64,000 bases of DNA from Ginglymostoma cirratum (taxonomy: Eukaryota). The translations under genes and the position numbers were made by a program. The DNA is taken from assembly GCA_024137785.1 (NCBI GenBank), contig JAHRHZ010000069.1, forward strand, positions 12,646,618-12,710,617. The letters are read 5' to 3'. The notes under the pieces are model-generated. The model searched no databases. It was not told the origin of the DNA and was given only the letters and a program-made list of their open reading frames with translations. This document shows positions 12,732 through 25,469 of this stretch, in pieces (the first letter of the stretch is position 1; every line of letters starts with the position of its first letter).

Positions 12732-14674
12732 CCATGATCTTGTTAAAGTATTCATCAGAAAAAAAAAGTAACAATTGGACAACTTTATTTCAATTCAATT
12801 CTATAAAGTTACAAGATTGACTCTTCCTGCTTGAAAATACATTCGGATGTTATTGGAATTGCTAAGACCTCTCACTGGCATTTTGAAGAACTAATAAGGA
12901 AACTGCAGCAATAATACCAATATTCCCAATGTTCTCATCAGGTATTTAAGGAATTTCGCAAAACTGTAACATTTCTCTTTGTTTGGAGGTTGGCTTGCAT
13001 GTTGTTTCTTATATAGATCTCGAATGACATCTTGTGCTTGAGCAGACTATACTGCTGAACACTTACTGACACCTCAGCAAAAGCTGTGTTTTGCACGGTG
13101 TTAGTTTTGAGTAAAGAGAGATACATGGGAAAAAAACAATTCAAATGTATCAAAACAAAAGAGTGCTCCATCTATTGTATTCTCTATGGCCTGCTAAAAT
13201 CTGTATTGGAGCCTTTTTGCCATTTATTGATCATTCGCAAAAGTGCCAGGCGGCTTTACTCAATGGTCAAAAGCATTTCTCTAAGGTACTGTAAACCATG
13301 TCGCAAGGTGATTAAAAACATGTTTAAAGAGTTCAACAAATGGAAAATCAACAGAATTGTTCAAATGTGACTTGACAAGCAGCATTTAAGCATTAGATCT
13401 CAATAATGGATGTAGGTGATGGTCAGTAAAAATGAATTCCACACAGATTGGTGGAGTGCCTTAATTCCAAATTCACTTTCACCCTGCTGTCTTTTATTTA
13501 TTGTGATTTTAGCAAATGACTTCGTATTACGGGAAGATAACTTTTGCATTTGACTATCTGTGAACCCTTTTTAATATCTTTTCATTGAAATTGATGTAAA
13601 ATATTGCGTGATTTAACATTAGAAGGTTGATTGAAGCTAAACAGTTTTAATGAAGATCTTTGTGGCATGACCCTTAGTTTGATAACCAGACACAAGATGG
13701 GATTGTTGTGCACAACAAGAAAAAAACAAAAGTAGTGAGCTCCGACATGATTGTATGTTATCAGTCAATAGGCCTTCAAAAGGCAAGTGTGCATCAAGCT
13801 TAATAATACAGACTGGCTTGCTTCAGCCATATGCTCTCCTTGTTCAGTTGTATGTGAACATCAATTGATGTATTGGTTTGAATTGTGTAACATCTTAAGT
13901 TATTAGCAGTCAACTTGCTTGTTGTAGATCTGCATATTCTTGCACCTGATAAATGATGTTTGCAGTTTGGCTGTCTAGTATAACAGAAGACTGACAAACA
14001 GGGAATGAAAAAGCTGCACTTGGATTTAGAAGACAAGAGGTTGAGTTTGAAATTATATTTAGATTTATGCCATTAGCTTGTGTTTGTTTGCTTACAAGCC
14101 TGAAATGACAGCTCCAAAATGCATTGTTGCTCCGGATTAACAATTTTTTAAAAAATGTGCCTTTTAAATCCTGATGACATCATTCTGTGTCATTCAGAAT
14201 GGAACACTTCTTATCCTTTTCCAATGGGAATGGTCATGTAACTTAATTCATCACAATTTCACAGAAGTCTGATTATTTAATCAGTGAAAACACAAATTAA
14301 AAAGCTGTCGGTATAGTTGGTAGAGGCTTCCACTTAAAGAAAAGCAAGCAAAGTTGAAAAACTTGAAAATTTACGTCATAGAAGTTTGAGATTTGAATTG
14401 CAACTTTAAAATATCTTGAACTTTAAAAAACAGATCAGGACAGTTCAAAGCTGATGGAAATGCCTGTTTCGTGTATTATAATGTGATCCACTAATATCAC
14501 CCTCTAGGTTTGTGGAACAAACTTGAAAACTGGAGGAAATAAAGACACTTTGACCTACTTGTGGGAGATCCATTTTTACTTCCTACCAGTTGCCACTTAA
14601 AGGAATAATGAGGATATTTTGTAAAAATCCAATTTGGCGAAGGAAGTTTGCTCTCCATAACTGACCTACAATCA

Positions 14675-14812
14675 TAATATGGAATCCCTACAGTGCAGAT
14701 AGAGGCCTTTCTATCCATCAACTCTGCATCACCCCTCTGAAGAGCATCCCAGCTGGACATACCCCCTTCAATCTCTGTAATCCTGCATTTACCATATGGC
14801 TTATCTGTATAG
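14675..14812 (-). mobile_element. HE1-type SINE 3' fragment
   Basis: ggaatccctacagtgcagatagaggcc..ctctgaagagcatccc is the reverse complement of the HE1 tail. Confidence 0.65.
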
Positions 14813-15119
14813 GATTGTTATGTAATTTAGGTGATGATGTGATCAAGTCTTTAAAGGAGAAAACGACAGTAAAAATGTCGGAATTATGAGATCGGATTAT
14901 ATGCACATATCCATTTGAAGTGATTTGGTACAAATAAAGAATGCAGTAAAGAGTACAGAAACTAACTAGTTTGAAGCTGGAGATGCCTGTTATTAGACTG
15001 AGCAAAAACAAGCAATCCCTGTGAATATTATGTAGTAAAGATATAAAAAAGAGCCAAGGAGCCGGTAGGCACAAACAAGAAGAGAAATGAGAAAAATGTT
15101 TCCATTCAATCTGTCTTCC

Positions 15120-15520
15120 ATGACATCTCAAGTATGTGACAACCAATAAACTGCTTTTGTAATGTAATCATTGTTGCAATGTAGAAATAGTGGCAGTCAA
15201 TTTATGCGTAGCTAGATTCCAAAGTCAAAATGTGACATTAACGAGATAATCTTTTTATCATGACCTGTTTGAGGACTAAATGTTAAACAGAGCACTGAGT
15301 AGAATTACTCTGCTGTATTTCAGAACGGTGCCATGGGAACGCTTGTGTCCATTTGGAAGGGCAGGCAGATTTCAGTTTAACAATCTGAAAAATCAAACCT
15401 CTGGCAGCACCCCACTCACTCAGTGTCAGCTTAGGCTTCTATGCTCCTGTCCAAGAGTGGTGCTTTGAACTGACAATCCTCTGATTCAGAGGTCAGTTTG
15501 TCATCTTCTGAGGCAAGGTT
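15120..15520 (-). mobile_element. Deu-domain (SacSINE1/AmnSINE-like) SINE, decayed
   Basis: Reverse complement gives a tRNA-like head (..tctgaatcagaggattgtcagttcaaagcacc) and Deu-like core (atcccatggcac-like..gagtaattc..ttgtcacatac); similar to 53565-53965. Confidence 0.55.
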
Positions 15521-15601
15521 GGCAAAGGACTGGTTCTTATTTTCACATCGACACCTTTTTTGTTTTAGGTAATTTTACTTAATGAAGAAAACACTATTTT
15601 T

Positions 15602-15648
15602 TAGAAATAGCAGGAACTGCAGATGCTGGAAAATCTGAGATAACCAGG
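15602..15648 (-). mobile_element. Start of a PLE-derived terminal repeat running into the assembly gap
   Basis: gaaatagcaggaactgcagatgctggaaaatctgagataacc matches the left arms at 6033, 17490 and 59697. Confidence 0.75.
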
Positions 15649-16048
15649 NNNNNNNNNNNNNNNNNNNNNNNNNNNNNNNNNNNNNNNNNNNNNNNNNNNN
15701 NNNNNNNNNNNNNNNNNNNNNNNNNNNNNNNNNNNNNNNNNNNNNNNNNNNNNNNNNNNNNNNNNNNNNNNNNNNNNNNNNNNNNNNNNNNNNNNNNNNN
15801 NNNNNNNNNNNNNNNNNNNNNNNNNNNNNNNNNNNNNNNNNNNNNNNNNNNNNNNNNNNNNNNNNNNNNNNNNNNNNNNNNNNNNNNNNNNNNNNNNNNN
15901 NNNNNNNNNNNNNNNNNNNNNNNNNNNNNNNNNNNNNNNNNNNNNNNNNNNNNNNNNNNNNNNNNNNNNNNNNNNNNNNNNNNNNNNNNNNNNNNNNNNN
16001 NNNNNNNNNNNNNNNNNNNNNNNNNNNNNNNNNNNNNNNNNNNNNNNN
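15649..16048. other. Assembly gap (400 N)
   Basis: Run of n characters. Confidence 1.
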
Positions 16049-16799
16049 AGGTAATAATTATCAGTGCTGAGCATTCGATTTCCTAAAGCTCTGGGTATTC
16101 AATCTGCCTTTGCAAAATATTTTATTGTTCACTGCTCACTCTTGCTGACCAAAATTGGAGATCATGGATTTGAGAAAAGTCAGATGGCTTATTGCACTCA
16201 TGGTATCCCATTGCTTTGGCTTTTGTTTATAACTCAATCATTTGCATGATTTGCTGAAGTCTATTCCATTGTATATTTCTAAAACTGCTGATCAAATGCT
16301 TACCTTTGGAGTTCTTTAGTGCCTGACTCAACATTCAAGGAAAAGGTGATTTTCCACATATCACAGCAAGTGTCTAAATATTTTTTGAAGAAATCATGGC
16401 TAATAACAGATTAAATAGTTGGAGTTATTCATTACTTCAGATAGCCCAATTATTGTTAGGTCAGCAAGGAAGTAAAGACTCCAGAGTTAGATGTGCTTGG
16501 GAGAGGATGAAAGGTTCAGATCAAGATTATCAGTGAGACCAGTAATGACAACACACATCACTGTGTGATGTGAATGCAGGAAAGGAAGCTGATTGATGAG
16601 TATTTGTAATCCTTAAAATAAAAGTAAGGCCTTTGATTTGTGTTAAGATAGCCAGTCTTTTTCTTTCTCTTTTTCTTAAAAATACTTTGTAATGATAAGA
16701 TTGATAGATGGTGTTTAAAAAAATGTGACAATAAAGTACAAAGTATGGGAACACCACAGTAGTTGTTGGTACATTAAATTAAATATGATAGTGATGGTA

Positions 16800-17312
16800 G
16801 GATAAATGATGCAAGGTGACCCACAGCAAATACATGGAAAGCAAGTGTTTGCATCTCGAGGGGCCTGTGTTGAGGAGCTAGTATTTGAGTTGCAGCCAAT
16901 GCACAACATTAGGGAAAGGGAAAGACACCTGGACGCTTTGCTTCAGAGGGTAATTACACACCACAGCCTAGATAATTGAAATTTTGTCTGTGATCAGAGA
17001 CAGGAGGGTGTGGCAGCATATTGGGTAGATATGGGGATTCAGCAGTTGTATTTGAGGAGCCTCAGAACCTTCAGTTGTCCAGAACACAGTGAACCTTTGG
17101 TATTCTTTACTGTAGTGAGTTGCAGAAACTGTTCATTAAATGTATTGAAGGCTGAGAGGGCAGATTTCTAATCAGTCAGAGAGCCAAGGGTTATGGGGAA
17201 AATGCAGCAGAGTCAAGTTGAAGATTATCAAATCAACCATTGTCTCAATGGATAGGGAAGCAAACTCAGTGGGCTGAATGGCCTGTATCTGCTCTAGCAT
17301 CTTGTGGTCATA
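16800..17312 (+). mobile_element. Decayed CR1-like LINE pieces; the 3' UTR at ~17100-17312 is clearest
   Basis: gggttatggggaaaatgcag..gggctgaatggcctgtatctgctcta CR1-type 3' end. Confidence 0.55.
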
Positions 17313-17489
17313 TGTATGTGTATGTGTGTACACGCACAGACCCTCGGTAACCTTGATTGAAATTAGATCTCTGACAGGAACATTTTGTAACCTTAAGCAT
17401 GCAAAACAGCTCTTGATTCTGACAGATAAACATTCCATTAAAAAGGAATAGAATCAACAACTGGAAACAGATTTCCAACATCAGCATTG

Positions 17490-17684
17490 GGAGATAGTAA
17501 GAACTGCCAATACTGGAGTCAGTGATAATACAGTGTGGAGCTGGATGAACACAGCAGGCCAGGCAGCATCAGAGGAGCAGGAAAGTTGATGTTTTGAGTT
17601 GGGATCCTTCTTCAGAAATCAGCTTTCCTGCTCCTCTGATGCTGCCTGGCCTGCTGTGCTCCTCCAGCTCCACACTGTGTTATC
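17490..17684. mobile_element. PLE-derived near-perfect hairpin element with antisense hammerhead motif in the loop
   Basis: ~65 bp inverted arms gataatacagtgtggagctggatgaacacagcaggccaggcagcatcagaggagcaggaaag / ctttcctgctcctctgatgctgcctggcctgctgtgctcctccagctccacactgtgttatc; TSD tccaacatcagcattg (17474-17489) / tccaacattaacattg (17685-17700). Confidence 0.9.
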
Positions 17685-20043
17685 TCCAACATTAACATTG
17701 TTGTTTTTGTGTTGAAAGGAACATTGAAGCAATGTGGTAGTCCCTCAAATGAGGAAGAACGTTGAGTATTTTAGCAGGGGAGGCTGTTGCACTGCACCTG
17801 CTGCAAATTTCTAGCTGACCATGAAAGTGTCCCATTCCTACAGCCTGCCATAAATATATCAGAAAGACTTACTGACTGACAAGTGACTTGTTTAGCCGTA
17901 TCATGCTACACCTTCCATGGCTGTCAAGTCCTGAGGTGTAATATCAACTCAGACTTTCTGACCAATAGGCTACCACTGTGTCACAAGTCCTCCCACTGAG
18001 GCAGTGATGCACTTGGTTTTGGGAAGGGTACAGTATACCTTCTTTTCTGATAATTGCCGTGGAATATCACATGGCGACTTTCTGATTCTATCAAGCTAAA
18101 TGGAGGATCAGATATTCATCATGTCAACTTGATATCATAATTTATTGGCTGAACCAGACATTTTGGAAAACATCATGGCTGAGGTATCTGCTGTTGTCCT
18201 GGATGCTCAGACCAGTTTTCAACAGTCGCTGCCTGTGCTGCTTCCTGCATATTCCAGTATGTTAAATTGCACACAACAGCAAAGAACGGAATCAACATCC
18301 CTATATTGTTCCAAGTTCTATCATTTAGAATATCTGTTCTGTTCAATAATTCTTTAGACAACAAAGAACATTTTATGCTGTTTAAATAAAGTTCCGCTGT
18401 GAGCTAACAAGAGCTTTCAAACATCACATTGATCATTGTTGTGATACTAAGTCTGGAACTCTGTGGAGTTGAAGTCAATTTCACAGAAGAAAGTCTGAAT
18501 TATTTGTTGTGAAAGTATGTTGATCCCATGATTTTGACACGAGTAATCCATGTGGCTCAGGAAGCCAAATATCATAGATTAGCTCTGTGTATTTCCAATC
18601 AACGTTAGCATTTTGTACCTCACATGTTAAAGCCCAGGGACCCGTAGCTTCTCACACACCTTTAATATAAGAAATTGCATTTCGTCCCATCTATCACAGG
18701 ATCATTCAAAGAACAGAGTCCATTATGCTGACCAGAAAAGAAAAGTACAAACAGCCAAGCTAAAAATATTATTTTCTATAGCAACCGAATGGGTTTTTCC
18801 AGGCATACCAATGCTTCTGTATCATTAAGATACAAATTCAAATCTCTTCAACCACTCCGTAATGTGCAAAAGATACATTTTAAAAGATGATAATTTATAT
18901 TGAAAAGATGTGGGTCAGCGTGCATATTGCAGAATAATTCTATATTTTCCTTTACATCTTACGATTGTTTCCCTTCTCCACAGTTCAGAGATGATAGTTT
19001 ACACTTGGAATAATGTTTAGCTATTATGGCCATTCTTCAGCTCTGGGATCTGATCTAGTAGTGGTGGATTATTTGACCCACAAGACCACTATTTTATCAG
19101 CCTCATTCAAATGGGATCATTGAATAGTGATGAGTCCTGAATGATATCTTTTCCCTCTCCCAGAGTACTTGAGCAGGTGTCAGAGGCACAAATTGTCTGA
19201 AGCATCAGTAAGATCATGGCCCAACTCCATCTATAAAGAGATAACTGTCTCTGAAAGGCATAGGAAGGATGACTTGCAAGCATGTGGTCATTCTCAAACC
19301 ATGATACTTATTTTTGCATCAGAAAAAATCTTGATTAAATATACGTTTATTTTCATGTTAGCTTAAAAATTAAGTTTGGGTGTTTTGCTCCATACTTCCA
19401 AGAAAACAGTTCCAAAAGCTGCCCAGACTTTTCTAAACCAATTTTTGAACCTTTATGGATGTTGAATTGGATAACACATGCAATAAATAACCATGAATGA
19501 ATTGCTCGACAAACCACACTGGAGACATAATGGGTGTGTTTCTTTCCTTTCCTTTCTCCAATTTGTTTTTCTGCACTAGTTCTTCACACAATCATAAAGA
19601 CTATTACCAGTAGAAAATTTATTTATGATTCAGAAAATTTTGCATAAGGAGAAAAACATATCAGAGAAGCAATGATGTGATACTTAGCTTACATATTACA
19701 TCAATTTGTCTCAAAATGAAAACAGCTTGATTTTTTTTCTAGTCTTTGATAACATCTGAAATGCAGATTGGAAGATAACATTAAGGCTTCTCTCTTTTGC
19801 TACTTCATATCGTATCGATAAAGTGGAAAATTTTGAGGGCATAACACATCTCATTTCACTTTTGTTAAGTGGATGTTTGATGATTGAACAAATTCACCAC
19901 ACTGTCAGCTAGTTAAGACATTTTCTGTCACTAATATTAAACAGATGAACTGTGATTAATAATCTTTTGCTTACCTCATGTTCCTTTTACTTTTGACGCT
20001 TTAACAGTTGAAATCACATTAAACTGAATTCCTGCATTGATGT

Positions 20044-20140
20044 CGATTTTCTGATGAAGGGTTTAGGCCCGAAACGTCAAGTTTTCCTGCTCCTATGATG
20101 CTGCTTGACCTGCTGTGTTCATCCAGCCCCATGCTTGTTA
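20044..20140 (+). mobile_element. 97-bp PLE-derived insertion consisting of a hammerhead motif plus tail
   Basis: Perfect 14-bp TSD tcctgcattgatgt at 20030-20043 and 20141-20154. Confidence 0.9.
20047..20082 (+). ncRNA. Minimal type I hammerhead ribozyme motif (PLE-associated)
   Basis: CUGAUGA (20051-20057), A, stem II GGGUUUAGGCCC, GAAAC, GUC cleavage triplet (20076-20078); short stem I UUU/AAG. Confidence 0.75.
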
Positions 20141-20864
20141 TCCTGCATTGATGTTGTGTTTTATTTTGAACTTCGGCCAGGGACATCCTTGAAGGTCCAT
20201 TTTTTTTTTCTTCTGTAATCTCACAGGTTTTGGCATTTCAAACTATTTCCATTTGACATGGAATGGAGTAAATACATTATTTATTGCCCTTCAAAGGATT
20301 GACAGTTTGAATTCAAGTTGCGTTTTGTTCAAAGCTTTTACAAACTTTATGGATCAAGTATAATACAGAATAGTTCAAATGAGATGTTACATAGAGTGTA
20401 GTACAGACTGATTTATTTCAGTGCAGTACAAAACATTCTGAGGTGGCTTATTACACTTATAGTTTAAGGTATTAAATTAAAATTCACTTTTCATTTTACT
20501 CAATTGTTGGTTCATGTGGCCCAGGGCATACAAGGTCCAGGCCCTTCGATTTTATTATGTTGGAGGAGCCTTAGGCCAAGGTGGAATTTTCTCTTCTGAG
20601 CCTGCATCATGGAAGGCCTGAAAAGTGGGAGGGACTCCTGTGCCAGGGTTGATTGTGTTTTCTGTGCAATTGTGTTCTTCTCAGCTCATTACATACGGAT
20701 GCACGGGTAAAACACCAAATTTTATAGGCAGTAAGTTGTGAAGTCTACCAAATCTGCTGGGCTAAAACGTCAGGCACCATAGTTAAAAGGCATTCAGACA
20801 GCACTTCACTGGAGTATCATTCGATCTCTGCTCATCACCACTGGATATGTCAGAAACAAAACAA

Positions 20865-21000
20865 AATTGAAGACCGTCCTGGAGAAGAGGAAAGTTATTT
20901 TCCTTAGGGATGGCAACAAGGTGCTGTCATGACTGGCAAAGGCAACCTGGACAAAGGAGGTCAGTGCCCATGGATGGTTCACGAAAAGCCAGAGGCACAT
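20865..21000 (+). pseudogene. Second decayed Harbinger-type Myb/SANT fragment
   Basis: Translation LKTVLEKRKVIFLRDGNKVLS*LAKATWTKEVSAHG resembles the Myb/SANT-like domain. Confidence 0.4.
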
Positions 21001-21445
21001 AAGCATACATACTCTCTGTGCTTTCAGGCTTTGTACCACTGTCCACTCAGTGTTTTATGCTTCTATGCTTGTGAGTTAGCATTGGAAAGTCGCCATTGCA
21101 CAGACTAGAGGTTGGGTGCCAGGCATCTCCATCGGATGCCTCACGTGCAGCTGATGCCTGTTGTTTCATTGCAGCTATCAATGCAGCACGACCAGCACCA
21201 TATGGTACTGTCTCTGCAGCATCTGCTCAAATTCACACTCAAACATAAAAGGAGCTACAGCACTCAGCTGCTCACACACCATCAGGTCACTGACCTTTCC
21301 TTACATCGACAAGAACATCTGATAGAATTTCACAAAAGGCTTGCATGTGACAAGGACACAACCACAAAAACTGTTTGAATTAAACTCCATTTACCAACGT
21401 GGCTACTTCACTTGGGCAGGCTTGTTGGCTGGGTCAGACCTGCAT

Positions 21446-21655
21446 TAGACCATAAGATATAGGCGCAGAATTAGACCATTCAGCCCATCAAGTCTGCTTC
21501 GCTATTCAATCATGGTCGATACGTTTCTCAACCCCATCCTTGTGCCTTCTCCCTGTGACTCCTGGTCCCCCAACCAATCAAGAACATTTCTATCTCTGTA
21601 TTAAATACACTTAATGACTTGCCTCCACAGCCCTATGCAGCAATGAATTCCCCTG
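21446..21655 (-). mobile_element. CR1/HER1 LINE 3' fragment
   Basis: agaccataagatataggcgcagaattagaccattcagcccatc is the reverse complement of a CR1 3' end. Confidence 0.8.
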
Positions 21656-24600
21656 ACCCTTTACCCCTTACACTAAGTGTTTTTAGCAACAACAAGCCAC
21701 AATGCAGTTGAGTCAGATTTCTCATTAGCAGGTCAACATTGACAGGCTTCACCCATACACTTAGTTTTCACCTAGGAAGGGCTTGGTTATAACACAGCCA
21801 AGTAACAGAAGATGTTTGCATCTCAGCAAAGCTTGGAGGAAGAAGTCAACACAAAAGCTTCACACATCATATGTAGTCAGATTTGTGAACAAACATTTCC
21901 CAATTTTTTCTAAGAAGGCTGCACCCTTGAATGTAACTCTAGTGAGTGGTGGGTGTTAATGAGTTTTCATAACATGTTAATAAATGCAAACTGAATTCCA
22001 AACGTAAGGTCAGGGCCCCCAATCCCCTCGAAATATTCCATAAATTTAACACCAAAAGCTTTTCCTGTTGTCAGGAAACTGAGTTTTTGTCTCTCGCATA
22101 ATTGTCCCTTGTTCTTCCTTCTGCATATTCCTCAGTAATACGTCTTCTGCTTCGATTTATATTTTCTTCATGGATTTTTCTAAGTAGGTGTTCATGAAAT
22201 GCTGGTAGGAATCAAATAGGTCACTTCAGTTAAAATTGTGTTAGTATTAAATTCCTCAGAAAGAATGAATCATCCTCTGCTGTGTTTAGTTGTTCCAGGC
22301 GTTTAAAAGAGTGTAGAGAGGAACAGTCAGTGGCCCAGCCTCCTTCCAAACTCTGCCCTGATTTAATCCAAGGTTTGGAGGCTTGAGCATGACCTTCCTG
22401 TCCGACTAACAATTGAGTTAATGCCCATTTAAAGGCCTCATCCCGCCCCAGCTGGGAGTCAGGAGACTCGCCAAATGATAAATCCAAATAGCAAGCCCGT
22501 CAGCGTGGGCTTTTCATGAGTGTCCCTCATTGAATGGCACTCAGTGTTTGATCAAGGGATGTGGCATTGGGAAGGGAAGGGATAGGGATGCATCTGAGAA
22601 GCCGCCAACTTTCCTTGCCGCCAATCGCCTACTGCCCAGTGAGCTGGGATACCCATCCGGCCATAATTCACCTATGGCTGAGTAGTCCTATGCCTATTTC
22701 ATCAATTGCTGACAGCAGCTACTGCTCCAATTGGTGCTGCCGAGTAATACACTTCTACCAAACTTTGATTAGCTGTCAGCTTTCAGGGATGCTGGATTTC
22801 TGCCCCTAGTTTCTTGATTTCGGGAAGGCCCTCAGCTGCCACATTGCCTGATGGCCACTTAGTCCATCAGAATTTCCTAATGGGAGGTGATGCTGGGCTT
22901 TCAGTGACACTCCAACTGATGGTCAAAACCCCTCTCTCCTCCATTAATTGTCACAGTGTTAACTTTGGACTGAAACTATACTGTGCCTGTGAGCTAGTTT
23001 TGGATTATATTTAAACAGTTTCATGCATAAGATGTTACGTTAAAACTTTCAAACCTATTTGAAATCATACTCCATTGGATGTTTAAAAAGTGTCAGCCAA
23101 CTATACAAGAATAGACTGTGGTCACTGCAAGTGAAAGGATACCATTAGATTCAGTCAGTGATTTGGCCAGATTACCTTGAGAGTGAATCTTAATAATTTG
23201 TACCTGGAAGATTATCCAGTCAGGATGTGCATTGTTGTGATGGAGGGAACTGAATATTATGAATGGTTTTGGTTAGGAAAAAAAGTCAATACACTTTGTG
23301 AAACATCCAAAAAGATTACACCCGTAAAGGGAGACCAGGCACGATCCAGCACTGCTGTAGGAAACAATGGGCAGGAGTTCTCAGATGGTCAGGTGGTTTT
23401 TCCATCCAGTCACCAAGTTCATGCTACGCATCACAGTTGTCTGCCCCATCGCCTTCTAACATTTGAAGGAGGGTTTTTTGATTAGAGATGAGTTTTCTTC
23501 CCCTGACTTGGGACCAACTATCTTCTTGTAGATATGCCGGCCAATCTAATTGGCCAGCAGCTGTGTAGTTCCTAATAATATCAGTTGAGCATTGTCTAGG
23601 GATGAAACGATAAGCAGCCCACAGAGTTTGAATCAGGTAAGTGCAGGTGCTACCTTAGTAAGGTGGGCAGTTGAAGAAGGAATGGTTATTGATGGAGATG
23701 CCAAAGCTGGGGCAGCACTTGCTCGGGTGGTTGAAGTTGGGAGAAAATGCAAAGAGGAGGGAAGCGTTGTAAGGGTGTCATGTGCCCAGTGTAGAAAAAT
23801 GGCCACAATCACTTTCCCATCTACCCTTGAGTGGAGTGACTTTCCGATCTTATTTGTGATTCTCAAGTCTTACTGCCAATCAGCCAGGCAGGAAATCACC
23901 ATTAAATGGGCATTAATTGCCTCCTTATGGACCTGAAATGACACAAGGATGGGTGAGCCGGCCTGGGTCTTGCTTTTTCCGATGTAATACTGTGGCAAGA
24001 ACTGGGCAAGTGAGCAGGAGGGTAGGGTGGTGCCAATACCATTCAAAATACATGACATCCTCTCCACCCCAATCAGTTCTGCAGTGTAAAATTCATTCCA
24101 GTGTCCAAGGAGTAAAGGTAGACAGAGACGCAGTTTAAAAGCCACAGAGATTGTAGCTGTAAGCGATCCTTTACTCAGTAAAAGGAATAGATGTGTACAT
24201 AAGCATAATTAAACTGTTCAACTAGATCAGCCAATCATGAGAAAGGAACCAGCATACTTAAATAGGAACTCCAAGTAGAAGTAAATAACATTGAAAAATT
24301 ATATAAGGGCCTTGAAACCACAAATGTGAACTACAGTCGACTGTTGTATTTGTAATGTTTTGGAAGGTAAGAACTAGCAGTTGTCTTCCTGAGTAACTGG
24401 GAATCTTCCCAGAATAAAAGGAACTGATAGAGGAGACACTAGCTTTACATAAACAAAATAGGAACAAAGAAACTTGCATTGAAAATTGATGACCTAAGTG
24501 TCATAACTAAGATGGAAGGAATGTACTGTCGATCTCTAGCCCCTATAGCCCATGCATCACAATTTAAATTTAATGCTTTACCCTGTTCCCAATATGGCTA

Positions 24601-25469
24601 TCATATGCTTTCTCTGTATTAGACCTAAAAAGATCCATCAAGCAGGTTTCTTTCATAAACTCAAATATATTGACTTATCATAAAAGAAAATTCATTTGAT
24701 CAAGATGTATGAGCTTGTTAACACATTTAATGTGAAACTCGAAATGATTACATGCTAAATGATCCAAAACGCACATTATTACATGCATTAGGTAAAAGAG
24801 GAAAGCAGATTTATCTCTGCAGATATTCATGTTCAGAAGAAAACAGATCACGTTTGCCCAATAAATCTTAGTTCTTGAAAATAAAATAAAATGGTTTGAG
24901 ACATACAGATGGCTGTCTGTCTGACATTCTGCTACACACAGAAGGATGTCAACAAGCACAGCCAGATCTGTCTGGGATCTTTACCAACACAGCTTGTGAT
25001 GGAAACCAATATTGAGGATTCTTCTAGATGCTGCTTAGGAAGAGGGACAAAGTTCATGCTGGACCAAGGGTCCAGTGCCACATCGGATCCACAATCAGAT
25101 GTTTTGAGAAATCGAAGAGCTGGGTTGGAAAGGTGTTTTTCTTCTCCAGCATGGCTGTTGACCAAAAGAAAAAAAAAATGAAAAACGTACAAAGCTTAAG
25201 CCGCAAGCTGACAATTGTAAACCCCGTCAGGAGATTCTACTGTAAACAGGCTGTCGTCACACGGCATGTGACTTCCAGGAAAAAAATGTGTCAAAAAAAT
25301 TCCAATGTCCCTTTTTTATAAAAGCCATGCATCGACAAGACTTAAGATTTGAGTTCACAAAAGTGATCAAACATGAAGCATCTTTACAAGAAAACATTGT
25401 ATTTCAGATGGATAGTTGTCTTTGAGGCTAGGAGGAAGCGGGATGCCAGACGAGTCCACTCATTGGCAA

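Noticed and set aside
15601-16074. 157-aa ORF
   Set aside because: Artefact of the N gap.
17490-17684. DNA-transposon MITE or pre-miRNA gene
   Set aside because: The arms are asymmetric, TSDs are long and variable, and the sequence matches the terminus of GIY-YIG PLE remnants; there is no evidence for a miRNA.
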